Positions 1 to 8,773 of a stretch of 35,684 nt of DNA are shown in pieces. Under the pieces are notes generated by a model, which was not told where the DNA came from, searched no databases, and saw only the letters and a program-made list of their open reading frames with translations. Location of the stretch: sequence record DRR378314_1622; one strand, 5' to 3'. A program made the translations under genes and the position numbers. Position 1 is the first letter of the stretch; the number at the start of each line of letters is the position of its first letter.

Positions 1-138
1 GGCCATGAAGGCTTTCAGCTTGGGCCACTGTTCAGCGGTTATCAGCTCGGCACCGGGGGCGTCCCAATCCACATCGGACAGTGACCACTGGGTGCTCTTG
101 ATCTTCTCCAACATCTTGTCCAAGTCGATTTTAGCCAC
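1..138 (-). CDS. 5' part of a probable ferritin-like (diiron) domain protein, truncated by the window edge
   Basis: Manual translation from GTG at 138, with RBS GGAGG upstream: MAKIDLDKMLEKIKSTQWSLSDVDWDAPGAELITAEQWPKLKAFMA. The QW-x-L-x-D-x-DW pattern is typical of ferritin-like/AurF-like proteins. Co-oriented downstream of the SDR gene. Confidence 0.65.
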   Translation of the reverse strand, partial: MAKIDLDKMLEKIKSTQWSLSDVDWDAPGAELITAEQWPKLKAFMA

Positions 139-185
139 AGACTCTACCTCCTGTTGTTGCTTCGTCGGTTGCGGTTAGCGGCCGT

Positions 186-1025
186 TTAGGCCTTGCTGAC
201 AAAGCGGTTGAGCAAACCTGTGCCGACGGCATAGCCGCTTGGCAGCAGTCGCTTCAGGCACCAGATCAGTTTTGCGTCCAGTTGCGGCATTACATACAGC
301 TGGCCCCGGTCCAGACCATTGAGGGTGATCCGTGCCACCTGCTCGGCCGACATGCCAAAACGGTCCATCAACCGGTTGAACAGGGCGCCGGACTCGCCAG
401 TGATTCGGCCATTGGCCGCAATGTTGGTTTTCACCAGGGTGGGGCACAGCGCGGTTACCTGAACATTGGTTTCGGAGAGTTCCGCGGCCAGCGTTTCCGA
501 AACCGCCAGGGCGGCTGCTTTGCTGGCGTTGTAGGGGCCCATCAAGGGCGCCGCTGAGAAGGCAGCAGTGGAGGCAACATTGATAATGCCGGCGGCTGGC
601 TGGTCCTTCAAAAGCGGCGTGAACACGTGGCAGCCATGGATAACGCCCCACAGGTTGATGTTGATGGTCCAGGCCCAATCCGCGATGGGGACGTCGCCGA
701 TCTTCTGGCCGCCGATACCGATGCCGGCGTTGTTGATCACCAGGTTCATGGGTTGCGGCAGTAGCTCCTGAGCCCGCTGTGCCAGCGCCTCGACCTGCGC
801 CAGTTCGCTGACGTCGCAGACGACGGCCCAGGCCTGACCGCCCGCTGCCCGCACCTCCCGAGCGGTCTGTTCAGCCGCTTGCAGGCTGATGTCTGAACAG
901 ACGATTTGCCCGTCGCGCCGAGCCAACTCCAGTGCGATTGCTTTGCCGATGCCGCTTCCTGAGCCTGTGATGACGGCCCGTGCCTGATGGGTAAGTTTTT
1001 GCTTCTGAAACATTGCCAATTCCAT
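186..1025 (-). CDS. Short-chain dehydrogenase/reductase (classical SDR)
   Basis: TGSGSGIG Rossmann motif, NNAG, catalytic YNASK. The start may be the second Met at 1013. Confidence 0.93.
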   Translation of the reverse strand: MELAMFQKQKLTHQARAVITGSGSGIGKAIALELARRDGQIVCSDISLQAAEQTAREVRAAGGQAWAVVCDVSELAQVEALAQRAQELLPQPMNLVINNAGIGIGGQKIGDVPIADWAWTININLWGVIHGCHVFTPLLKDQPAAGIINVASTAAFSAAPLMGPYNASKAAALAVSETLAAELSETNVQVTALCPTLVKTNIAANGRITGESGALFNRLMDRFGMSAEQVARITLNGLDRGQLYVMPQLDAKLIWCLKRLLPSGYAVGTGLLNRFVSKA

Positions 1026-1042
1026 TAATCAAGGTTGTTCCA

Positions 1043-1222
1043 GCTTTGCACGGGACGGCCGAGCTTTTTGGGCCGTTTGTGATTCGGGAGAGGCCGTTCT
1101 GCATTGGTGATCGGGTGACCATCAACGGGCAAGGCGGCGAAGTGGTCAAGGTTGCCTTGCGCACTGCCGCCAGGTGACGTGAACCATGTTATGACAATGG
1201 TGACTTTCTCGTGATCATTCCG
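1043..1222 (+). pseudogene. Decayed fragment of an MscS mechanosensitive channel gene
   Basis: One frame reads ALHGTAELFGPFVIRERPFCIGDRVTINGQGGEVVKVALRTAAR*REPCYDNGDFLVIIP*. This matches the MscS signature (ALQD..NL.G...RPF.vGD.V.i.g..G.V..I.LRST......V.IPN). It has an internal stop and no start codon. Confidence 0.6.
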
Positions 1223-1325
1223 TGATGAACCGGTCGGTCGACAAAGCGCAGTATTTGCACAGGCGGGGAACGCAAGCTGAGTGTTTACCTGCCGCTTCGA
1301 ACTCATAGATGAAAAGGAAACAGTT

Positions 1326-1610
1326 ATGAACACGATGCTTAATGGTGCCCGCGTTGCCGCTCTTGCCGCCGCTTTCGCTGCTTCAGGAATGGCCTATGCC
1401 GCCGAACCACCTGCTGGTTCCAAAGGTGCCGCGATCTCAGGCAGCGACAAGGTGCATTGCTACGGCGTGCATTCCTGCAAAGGCAATTCCGATTGCAGTA
1501 CCGCCGAACACGCCTGTAAAGGACAGAACGCGTGTAAGGGCCATGGCTTCAAGGGCATGTCCGCAAGTGAGTGCCTGTCTGAAGGTGGCGTGATTGGCGA
1601 TCTGGGCTGA
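1326..1610 (+). CDS. bufA2: Cys-rich exported RiPP precursor, bufferin BufA2 type (94 aa)
   Basis: RBS AAGGA then ATG 1326. Sec signal peptide ending AYA. Core HCYGVHSCKGNSDCSTAEHACKGQNACKGHGFKGMSASEC has 6 Cys and three CKG motifs. Directly upstream of a DUF692 gene. Confidence 0.85.
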   Translation: MNTMLNGARVAALAAAFAASGMAYAAEPPAGSKGAAISGSDKVHCYGVHSCKGNSDCSTAEHACKGQNACKGHGFKGMSASECLSEGGVIGDLG

Positions 1611-1632
1611 ATAAGTCGGATTACATGCGTTT

Positions 1633-1663
1633 ATCCGGCGGCGCGCTGCGGCGCGTCCCGGAT
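1633..1663 (+). terminator. GC-rich stem-loop between precursor and maturase genes (attenuating or mRNA-stabilising hairpin)
   Basis: ATCCGG-C-G-GCGCGC-TGCG-GCGCGT-C-CCGGAT forms a 13-bp stem with one bulge and one G-U pair. No strong U-tract. Confidence 0.5.
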
Positions 1664-1684
1664 GTTCAACTGGAGATTTAACGG

Positions 1685-2581
1685 ATGATGAATCACTCTG
1701 CCAGAGTCAGGCCAACTGCGCGGCAAGACAGCGTGCGCGAACCATTTCAGGGTTTTGGACTGGGTTTGCGACCGGTTCATTACAACAGCTTTCTGGCCCA
1801 GCCGCAGCCGGTGGACTGGCTTGAAGTCATCTCCGAGAATTACATGGTTCAGGGCGGCAAGCCGCTGGCGATGCTCGACCGGATTCGCGCCGACTACCCG
1901 ATCGCGATGCACGGCGTGTCGATGTCGATAGGCTCTGTTTCTCCCCTGGATTATGACTACCTTAAGCGCCTGAAAGCGCTCGCGGACCGCGTCGAGCCGA
2001 TGTGGGTTTCCGATCACCTGTGCTGGACCGGTGTGCACGGCACCAACCTGCACGACCTTTTTCCCTTGCCTTACACCGAGGAAGCGTTGAAACACGTCGC
2101 CGCGCGCGTTCGCGAGGTGCAGGACATTCTGGGGCGTCGCCTGGTGCTGGAAAACGTCTCAAGCTACATCGACTACGCCAGTTCTGAGATGAGCGAATGG
2201 GCCTTTCTGACGGCCCTTGCGGAAGAGGCCGACTGCCTGCTCTTACTCGATGTAAACAACATTTATGTCAGCGGTATGAACCACGGTTTCAACCCGCGTG
2301 ATTTCGTCGACGGTGTGCCTGCGCACCGCATTCAACAGATTCATGTCGCCGGGCATTCCAATATGGGGGACGTGATTGTTGATACTCACGATGCGCCCGT
2401 GCCCGACGAAGTATTCGATCTCTATGGATACGCCTGCCAGCGCTTCGGGCAGGTGAGCACCATGATTGAGCGCGACGATGCCATTCCACCGCTGGCGGAC
2501 CTGATAGTGGAACTGGATCGGGTGCGCGAGGTGGCTGCGCAACATGTCCCTGTCTTGGAACGTGAGGAGGCCTACGCATGA
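1685..2581 (+). CDS. bufB: DUF692 multinuclear non-heme iron oxidative enzyme (MNIO), BufB type
   Basis: [52 protein letters not shown] and IERD motifs of DUF692. Confidence 0.95.
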   Translation: MMNHSARVRPTARQDSVREPFQGFGLGLRPVHYNSFLAQPQPVDWLEVISENYMVQGGKPLAMLDRIRADYPIAMHGVSMSIGSVSPLDYDYLKRLKALADRVEPMWVSDHLCWTGVHGTNLHDLFPLPYTEEALKHVAARVREVQDILGRRLVLENVSSYIDYASSEMSEWAFLTALAEEADCLLLLDVNNIYVSGMNHGFNPRDFVDGVPAHRIQQIHVAGHSNMGDVIVDTHDAPVPDEVFDLYGYACQRFGQVSTMIERDDAIPPLADLIVELDRVREVAAQHVPVLEREEAYA

Positions 2582-3381
2582 AGGATATGGCCCCTGACTC
2601 GCTCGCCAATGTGCAAACCCAATTGCAGAACTATGTCCTGGGTAAAGACGCTTCGGGCGACATTCTTTCCCGGCTGAAGAGTGGCGCTTCCGACAAAAGC
2701 AGGCGGCGCCTGAATGTCTACCACGCCGGCTATCGTCTGCGGATGATCGAGGTGCTCCAGGGTGCTTTCGAGAACACCTGGGCCTACCTAGGTGACGACG
2801 CATTCGAGGCGCTCTGCACGCGCTACGTCAATGGCAATCCGTCGCAATCGCCGAATCTGCGCGGTTATGGCAGCAACTTCCCCCATTTTCTACAACGGGC
2901 CTTGCCCAACGATCTGGAAATCGCCGAGCTGGCAACCATGGATTGGCGGCTTCACAGCGCTTTCGATGCACCCAATGCAGCCATTCTCACTGGCGAGCAG
3001 CTGGCGAACGTCGACGAGGCGCAATGGGGGTCGCTGGGGTTCGTATTTCACCCGTCGGTGTCACTTGCCCGGTTCGAGTGGAACGCTCTGGAAATCTGGC
3101 ACGCGCTTGATCAGAAGCAGGCACCGCCAGTGGCTGCAAAACTGGACGCCCCGATCGGGCATCTATTCTGGCGCAGCGACCAGCGAAGCTACTTCCGCAC
3201 CCTTGAAGTTGATGAGTATGCCGCGCTTGACGGCCTGCTAGAGGGGCTCAGTTTTGCCGAGGTGTGTGAGCAACTTGCACAGAGTAATCCGAATACCGCT
3301 ATTGACGCGTCGATTGGCACCTGGCTTGCGCGTTGGCTGGCGGATGAGCTGTTGTCGGAGGTCGAGCCGGGGCCTGTTTGA
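2578..3381 (+). CDS. bufC: DUF2063 MNIO partner protein (BufC type)
   Basis: [12 protein letters not shown]...L...F...LGDDAF...Y...[14 protein letters not shown]...ELA..DW pattern. ATGA overlap with the DUF692 stop. Confidence 0.9.
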   Translation: MKDMAPDSLANVQTQLQNYVLGKDASGDILSRLKSGASDKSRRRLNVYHAGYRLRMIEVLQGAFENTWAYLGDDAFEALCTRYVNGNPSQSPNLRGYGSNFPHFLQRALPNDLEIAELATMDWRLHSAFDAPNAAILTGEQLANVDEAQWGSLGFVFHPSVSLARFEWNALEIWHALDQKQAPPVAAKLDAPIGHLFWRSDQRSYFRTLEVDEYAALDGLLEGLSFAEVCEQLAQSNPNTAIDASIGTWLARWLADELLSEVEPGPV

Positions 3382-3439
3382 GTAACACCCTAATCCTTAT
3401 CGGCGTGCCTATGCCGACTGTTAAATTCAGGAGTCTGAA

Positions 3440-3775
3440 ATGTTGAAATCCAAAGTCGCACCAACTGAGATCACCGAATCCAATACCACCCGTGCAATGA
3501 CCGCTGCTGCCATGGCGTTTGCCCTGGGCTCTGCGCTCTCCATCGCTGCCGTTCCGGATGTCGCCCAGGCGGCGGGTATGGAAAAGTGTTATGGGATTTC
3601 GCTTGCGGGTAAAAACGATTGTGCTGCAGGGCCAGGCACAACGTGTGCGGGCACTTCTACCGTCGATTATCAGGCAAACGCCTGGACGCTGGTTCCGAAA
3701 GGCACCTGTGAGGAGACCGCTTCACCTACCTCACCGACGGGCTTTGGACAGCTTGAAGCCTTCGAGGCAAAGTAG
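3440..3775 (+). CDS. bufA1: DUF2282 exported RiPP precursor, bufferin BufA1 type
   Basis: RBS AGGAG. Signal peptide ending AQA. Core [43 protein letters not shown] has 4 Cys and matches the DUF2282 signature. Confidence 0.93.
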   Translation: MLKSKVAPTEITESNTTRAMTAAAMAFALGSALSIAAVPDVAQAAGMEKCYGISLAGKNDCAAGPGTTCAGTSTVDYQANAWTLVPKGTCEETASPTSPTGFGQLEAFEAK

Positions 3776-3777
3776 GA

Positions 3778-4662
3778 ATGAGCCTGCATCCGCAGTCGCG
3801 TGAGTACCCGGCTATTGCGGGCGATGGCCTGCCTGCGCGGGCAGGCCTGGGCCTGAAACCGTCGCACTTTCGCGAGATTCTCGACGTCCGCCCGGACGTC
3901 GGCTTTTTCGAGGTTCATGCCGAGAACTACATGGTGCCTGGTGGTCCGATGCACCATTATCTGGAACGGATTCGTGAACACTACCCACTGTCATTGCATG
4001 GGGTAGGACTCTCAATTGGTGCTGATGCTCCGCTGGACAAGACTCATCTTGATGCACTGGCGATGCTGATTGATCGCTATGCGCCACGGGTATTTTCCGA
4101 ACACCTGGCCTGGTCGAGTCACGGTGAGTTCTTTCTAAACGATCTGCTCCCGCTGCCATACACCCATGCCACCCTCAGTCGAGTCTGTAACCACATCGAT
4201 CAGGTGCAGACGCATCTGGGTTGCCGTATGTTGCTGGAGAACCCGTCGACCTATCTTGAGTTTTCGACCTCGACCCTGTCGGAGACCGATTTCATCAGCG
4301 AAGTGATACGCCGCACAGGCTGTAGCTTACTGCTTGATGTGAACAACGCTTATGTTTCGTGCGTTAATCATAACCACGACCCACGGGCTTATGTCCGCGC
4401 TTTACCGCTGGACCAGGTTGAACAGATTCATCTCGCCGGCTTCGCCACCCAGGCGGATGCCAATGGCGATCCGTTGCTGATTGACAGCCATGGTGCGCCA
4501 GTTGCACAAGACGTATGGTCGCTCTATGCCGAAGTGCTCGGACAAATCGGGCCAATGGCCACTCTGATCGAGCGCGATAACGACATTCCGCCTTTTGACG
4601 TTTTGCTGGACGAGGCCAATCTCGCCGAATCCCACCTTGTTCAGGCAAGGGTGCTGGCGTGA
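3778..4662 (+). CDS. bufB: Second DUF692 MNIO, BufB type
   Basis: [53 protein letters not shown] and IERD motifs. Confidence 0.95.
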   Translation: MSLHPQSREYPAIAGDGLPARAGLGLKPSHFREILDVRPDVGFFEVHAENYMVPGGPMHHYLERIREHYPLSLHGVGLSIGADAPLDKTHLDALAMLIDRYAPRVFSEHLAWSSHGEFFLNDLLPLPYTHATLSRVCNHIDQVQTHLGCRMLLENPSTYLEFSTSTLSETDFISEVIRRTGCSLLLDVNNAYVSCVNHNHDPRAYVRALPLDQVEQIHLAGFATQADANGDPLLIDSHGAPVAQDVWSLYAEVLGQIGPMATLIERDNDIPPFDVLLDEANLAESHLVQARVLA

Positions 4663-5426
4663 GCGACCAGGCCGCGTTCGTCAGCGCGCTGCTCGATCCG
4701 GAGCAACCCTGCCCGGCCGAGTTGCAGGCATGGAACCGTTCCGATCCGAGCCAGCGTTTTGCGGTGTATCGCAACAACGTCGTCGTGTCACTGATCGATG
4801 CGCTGGCAGTCACTTTCCCGGTGTGCCAGCAACTGGTTGGCGAGGCCTTCTTCCGTGCCATGGCGCGCGAGTTCGTTGTTGCGCACCCACCGCGCACGCA
4901 AATCCTGACCTTTTACGGGCGTGAATTCCCGGCCTTTGTCGAAACCTTCACCCCGGCGGCATCGGTTCCTTATCTTGCCGATGTGGCCCGGCTCGAAATG
5001 TTACGACTCGACGCTTACCACTGCGCTGATGTTGCCTTGCTTGGCGCCGACGAGATAGCCGGCGTGCTTTCAGATCCGGACCGGCTGCCGGGGCTTCGTA
5101 TCGATGCCCATCCGTCGGTAGCGGTGCTGCAATCAAGGTTCGCGGTGTTTTCGTTGTGGGCCGCGCACCAACGGTCTGCACCGGAACTCGGGGGTGTCGA
5201 GCCTCTGCAACCACAAACCGTGCTGGTGGTGCGTGCCGGGCTGGAAGTCCAATGCATTGACGTTGCCACCGCCACCGGCGTCTTTATCGACCGACTCTTA
5301 GAGGGTGCGGCACTGTCGCAGGCCGAGCAGGACGCCAGAGCAATCGAGCCGAGTTTTGATCTCATCGCAGTCCTGACCCTTTTGCTGCGTTGGCCGATCA
5401 TTACCAACCTTTACCCCGGAGAATAA
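4659..5426 (+). CDS. bufC: Second DUF2063 MNIO partner protein (BufC type)
   Basis: [15 protein letters not shown]...FP...QLVGE.FF...A and YLADVARLE motifs. GTGA overlap with the upstream stop. Confidence 0.92.
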   Translation: MSDQAAFVSALLDPEQPCPAELQAWNRSDPSQRFAVYRNNVVVSLIDALAVTFPVCQQLVGEAFFRAMAREFVVAHPPRTQILTFYGREFPAFVETFTPAASVPYLADVARLEMLRLDAYHCADVALLGADEIAGVLSDPDRLPGLRIDAHPSVAVLQSRFAVFSLWAAHQRSAPELGGVEPLQPQTVLVVRAGLEVQCIDVATATGVFIDRLLEGAALSQAEQDARAIEPSFDLIAVLTLLLRWPIITNLYPGE

Positions 5427-5427
5427 A

Positions 5428-5955
5428 ATGGACAGCCCTATTGAAACCGCTTCTCAAAACCCAGCCGGCACAGGTTTGCTGCCGGGTTTGATCACGCAGG
5501 CGAATGCGCTTTTTGGTCGCATTCCCGACACCCTGATCGCGATGATCGCCCGCTTTTCGATTGCCGGCGTATTCTGGAAATCCGGCCAGACCAAAATTGA
5601 AGGGCTGGCGATCGATATTGTCTCCGGCGAATTCAGCCTGGGGCTGCCACAGTTGTCGGATAGCGCGCTCTTCCTGTTCCAGGAGGAATACAGTCTGCCG
5701 CTGATTGCGCCGGAATTGGCCGCACTGATGGCGGCGTTCGCAGAGCATCTGTTCCCGATTCTGATCTTGCTGGGGTTGGCCACGCGATTCTCGGCACTGG
5801 CCTTGCTGATGATGACGCTGACCATCCAGATATTCGTGTATCCCGGCGCATGGGCAACGCACGGTGTCTGGGCGGCGGTGCTGATCTATCTGATGGCCCA
5901 TGGACCGGGCCGGTGTTCAGCGGATCACTTCATCGCGGCGCGTTATCGGCGCTGA
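5428..5955 (+). CDS. bufD: DoxX family membrane protein (BufD type)
   Basis: [38 protein letters not shown] and GPG..S.D motifs. Starts 1 nt after bufC. Confidence 0.9.
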   Translation: MDSPIETASQNPAGTGLLPGLITQANALFGRIPDTLIAMIARFSIAGVFWKSGQTKIEGLAIDIVSGEFSLGLPQLSDSALFLFQEEYSLPLIAPELAALMAAFAEHLFPILILLGLATRFSALALLMMTLTIQIFVYPGAWATHGVWAAVLIYLMAHGPGRCSADHFIAARYRR

Positions 5956-6039
5956 AGTGCCTCCAAACACTTTTTTCCTATTTCGGATATCATGGGGTTT
6001 ACAATTGGTGAATAAGCCAACAGTCACGCGGAGAACACC

Positions 6040-6195
6040 ATGAGCAAGAAGCCCGAGAAAGCCACTTTAACGTCTGCCACGATTGAGGAGCAGACGGCTG
6101 CTTTTCTGAAGTCAGGCGGTTCTGTTGAGTATGTCGGTAAGGGTAAGAGTGGGCAAATAGCCTCTCCGGGCCCGAAGCAGATTACCGTGAAATAG
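6040..6195 (+). CDS. Small 51-aa protein resembling the SutA RNA-polymerase-binding domain (absent from the ORF track)
   Basis: RBS GGAGA then ATG 6040. Manual translation: MSKKPEKATLTSATIEEQTAAFLKSGGSVEYVGKGKSGQIASPGPKQITVK*. It contains the I..Q.AAFL..GG.V..V..G.SG motif. Confidence 0.7.
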   Translation: MSKKPEKATLTSATIEEQTAAFLKSGGSVEYVGKGKSGQIASPGPKQITVK

Positions 6196-6241
6196 TAGCC
6201 GGGGCAGATTGATTGTCTGGATCGCAGTGGGCAAAGCGTTA

Positions 6242-7174
6242 ATGAAAGCCGTAAATCCAGTCCTTGTTTTTTCGCTCTTTATGATTCTTGCAACCTTTGG
6301 TCATGCGAAGATTTATAAATGGGTGGATGAAGACGGGAAGGTTCATTTCAGCGACCGGGAAGACCATCGCGTTGAGCAGGAAGTTGTCAACGTGAAGCCC
6401 GGTGCGTCGAAATGGTCGCGTTTTGATATCAAGATTAAAGCCGTCGATGTAGAGCTGACTGACGCCGAAAACCAGCAGATTGTTGACGGTGTGAATAATG
6501 TGTATGAGTTTTTTGATCGGGTGATGTCATTTGATATGTACAGGACGGTTCCGGTCAATATTCTGATGTTTAAGGATAAAGACGAATATCGCAATTACCT
6601 TGTTCGCAAGAATAAGGGCCTGGCGGTTGCGTCGTACGGCTTGTATATCCCTTCCGAACACCAGATCGTCGTCTATATGCAGGAAAACCGAAGCCGCACG
6701 TTCGAAACGATCAAGCACGAAGTGAGTCACGCAGTTGTTGATACCATCGTTCCCTATGCGCCTGTCTGGTTAAACGAGGGGCTTGCCGAGCAGATGGAGA
6801 TGCTGAAGCGTGATGAATCGGGCCTGTATTTTGAACGTCATCAGGAAAATAGCTGGGTTGTTGCCCGAGCCCGTGAACAGGGCCGATTGACGGGCATCTC
6901 ACAGTTCTTGAAGTTGCCCAGCAATAAATGGCGACATTCAGACATGTCGGGGAACGGCAGCTTGCGGGCGCAGTCCGGCCAGTTCCTCAGTTTCCTGCTC
7001 TCCAAACCGACCCGCCGCAACTTTGTGGTACGGCTGATGCACAACTTCAACCGGGGTGATCGCACCCTCGCGTATTATCTGGTGGATGATAATTACATTG
7101 GCGGGGTGAGTATGTTGGATTTGGACTGGAAACGTTGGCTGCACGAGCAGGGTAACGGGATCATCAGGCTTTAG
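6242..7174 (+). CDS. Exported protein with N-terminal DUF4124 domain and C-terminal gluzincin-like (DUF1570) domain
   Basis: Signal peptide, then IYKWVDEDGKVHFSD (DUF4124). HEVSH plus PVWLNEGLAE form a zinc-binding motif. Confidence 0.8.
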   Translation: MKAVNPVLVFSLFMILATFGHAKIYKWVDEDGKVHFSDREDHRVEQEVVNVKPGASKWSRFDIKIKAVDVELTDAENQQIVDGVNNVYEFFDRVMSFDMYRTVPVNILMFKDKDEYRNYLVRKNKGLAVASYGLYIPSEHQIVVYMQENRSRTFETIKHEVSHAVVDTIVPYAPVWLNEGLAEQMEMLKRDESGLYFERHQENSWVVARAREQGRLTGISQFLKLPSNKWRHSDMSGNGSLRAQSGQFLSFLLSKPTRRNFVVRLMHNFNRGDRTLAYYLVDDNYIGGVSMLDLDWKRWLHEQGNGIIRL

Positions 7175-7293
7175 CCTGGATGCATCTTTGGTGTACCTGG
7201 CCTAGTCTGGTGGAGCGGATATCGCGTACATTGGAATGGGCATGGAAACGTGCTTGAGCATTCACCCTGACAAACCTGCGAAGAGGATTCGAT

Positions 7294-7674
7294 ATGCCTC
7301 ACGTTCGTTTTACTCACCTGCTCGGTTTTGCGGTTCTTGTGGCTGTTTTCGCCGCCTCTGCTGCCCAGGCTCATCACGGTTGGGCCTGGGCAACAGATGA
7401 GGAATTTGAGATCACCGGTACCATCCAGTCGATGCGTCTTGGTAACCCCCATGGCGAAGTGACTATGGACGTGGATGGCGACGCATGGGTTGTGGAAGTC
7501 GGTCAGCCCTGGCGTAACGACCGTGTCGGTCTCAGCAAAGAAGTTTTGAGTGTCGGCCGGGAAATGACCGTGCATGGTCATCGTTCCTCGAAAGAGGGCG
7601 AACGGCTGGTTAAGGCTGAGCGCATTGTGATCGATGGAAAGAACTACGATTTGTACCCCGATCGTGATTCCTGA
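7294..7674 (+). CDS. DUF6152 family exported protein
   Basis: Signal peptide ending AQA, followed by HHGW. EITGTI....GNPH and W.VE motifs. RBS GAGGA. Confidence 0.8.
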   Translation: MPHVRFTHLLGFAVLVAVFAASAAQAHHGWAWATDEEFEITGTIQSMRLGNPHGEVTMDVDGDAWVVEVGQPWRNDRVGLSKEVLSVGREMTVHGHRSSKEGERLVKAERIVIDGKNYDLYPDRDS

Positions 7675-7682
7675 GCCCGGGA

Positions 7683-8168
7683 ATGATTGAGCCGGCGCTG
7701 GTCTTCGTTGAAAACCTGGCTTTTGTGTCGGCTCTGCGCCATTCCACGCTGGCCTACCCGCTGGTCAACGCCGGGCACATTCTCGGGGTTGCCCTGCTGG
7801 TCGGTGGCATCGTGCCGCTGGATTTGCGTTTGCTGGGGCTCTGGCGCCACTACCCGGTGATGGTATTTGTGGACGTACTCCGCGTCACCTCGGCTTTCGG
7901 TTTGGGGTTGGCGGTTGTCTGTGGCGCGTTGTTGTTCGCTACAGCGGCGGTGGACTACGCCGGGTCGGTGTTATTTCGGGTCAAAATGGGGGTTGTCCTG
8001 CTGGGGTTGTCGAACGCCTTGATACTCGCGCGGGTGTTGACGCAAAAAGATATACGGAGCCTTCCCATGGATGCGTCCATGCCTCTCACCTTGAGGGCAG
8101 GGGCGGTATTGTCGCTTGTGGTTTGGGTAAGTGCGCTGATCCTCGGCCGGCTGTTGGGATATTTCTGA
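7683..8168 (+). CDS. DUF6644/DUF2214-like 4-TM membrane protein
   Basis: YPLVNAGHILGVALLVG....DLRLLG, F..KM...LLG..NA and terminal GRLLGYF. Starts 8 nt after DUF6152. Confidence 0.75.
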   Translation: MIEPALVFVENLAFVSALRHSTLAYPLVNAGHILGVALLVGGIVPLDLRLLGLWRHYPVMVFVDVLRVTSAFGLGLAVVCGALLFATAAVDYAGSVLFRVKMGVVLLGLSNALILARVLTQKDIRSLPMDASMPLTLRAGAVLSLVVWVSALILGRLLGYF

Positions 8169-8173
8169 ACAGG

Positions 8174-8202
8174 CGGGTAGTGACATGAACTGCCACTACC
8201 CG
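8174..8202. terminator. Hairpin between convergent genes (probable bidirectional terminator)
   Basis: CGGGTAGTG (8174-8182) and CACTACCCG (8194-8202) are perfect inverted repeats. Confidence 0.6.
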
Positions 8203-8214
8203 TTGCTTCGGGCG

Positions 8215-8622
8215 TTAACTGAACTCAGGCTCAAAGGGCTTGCTTCCGGTAACCCGCTTCATCCAGGCCATGTCCAGCGGAACAAGGACGTTCAGTGCGA
8301 ACAGTACCCAGCCCAACGCCTGCAGACTCTCCGCAAACCACAGCATCAGGGCAAATGACAGCAGGCTCCAGCTGACATCGACAACCATCATCAGGTTGAA
8401 GTATTTCTCCAGCCACCGTTCGTTTATGGCCATGGCAGCCATCTCCACGCACCAGAGCAACAGCGCGATGCCGGCCACCAGGTAGAACGTTGCTCCGGGC
8501 CCTCCCGCTAACCGGGCGATCGGCTCTGCGGCCAGGATCAGGGCCAGCGCCAGAGGGGTGGAGAGGAAGACATCGCTCAGGACGATTTGTTTCAGGCTGA
8601 ATTGACGCACGATGTTTTTCAT
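8215..8622 (-). CDS. Hypothetical 4-TM membrane protein
   Basis: Four hydrophobic segments, RBS GAGGTG, divergent from the XRE regulator. Confidence 0.75.
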   Translation of the reverse strand: MKNIVRQFSLKQIVLSDVFLSTPLALALILAAEPIARLAGGPGATFYLVAGIALLLWCVEMAAMAINERWLEKYFNLMMVVDVSWSLLSFALMLWFAESLQALGWVLFALNVLVPLDMAWMKRVTGSKPFEPEFS

Positions 8623-8696
8623 AGGATCACCTCAATCGGGTTTCGCAATGTGTTTGACTACGCTACAAAGCTTCTACCCGGGCGGTGATAGACTCA

Positions 8697-8713
8697 ATTA
8701 CCTGTGAGGTAAT
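8697..8713. promoter_or_regulatory. Perfect palindrome ATTACCT-N3-AGGTAAT, probable operator of the adjacent XRE/MmyB regulator
   Basis: 7-bp perfect inverted repeat in the middle of the divergent intergenic region. Confidence 0.7.
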
Positions 8714-8773
8714 GGTGTAGCCCACCCTCAAGGAAGATAATCGCTGAACACTCGGAGATTCACAGGAACGACG

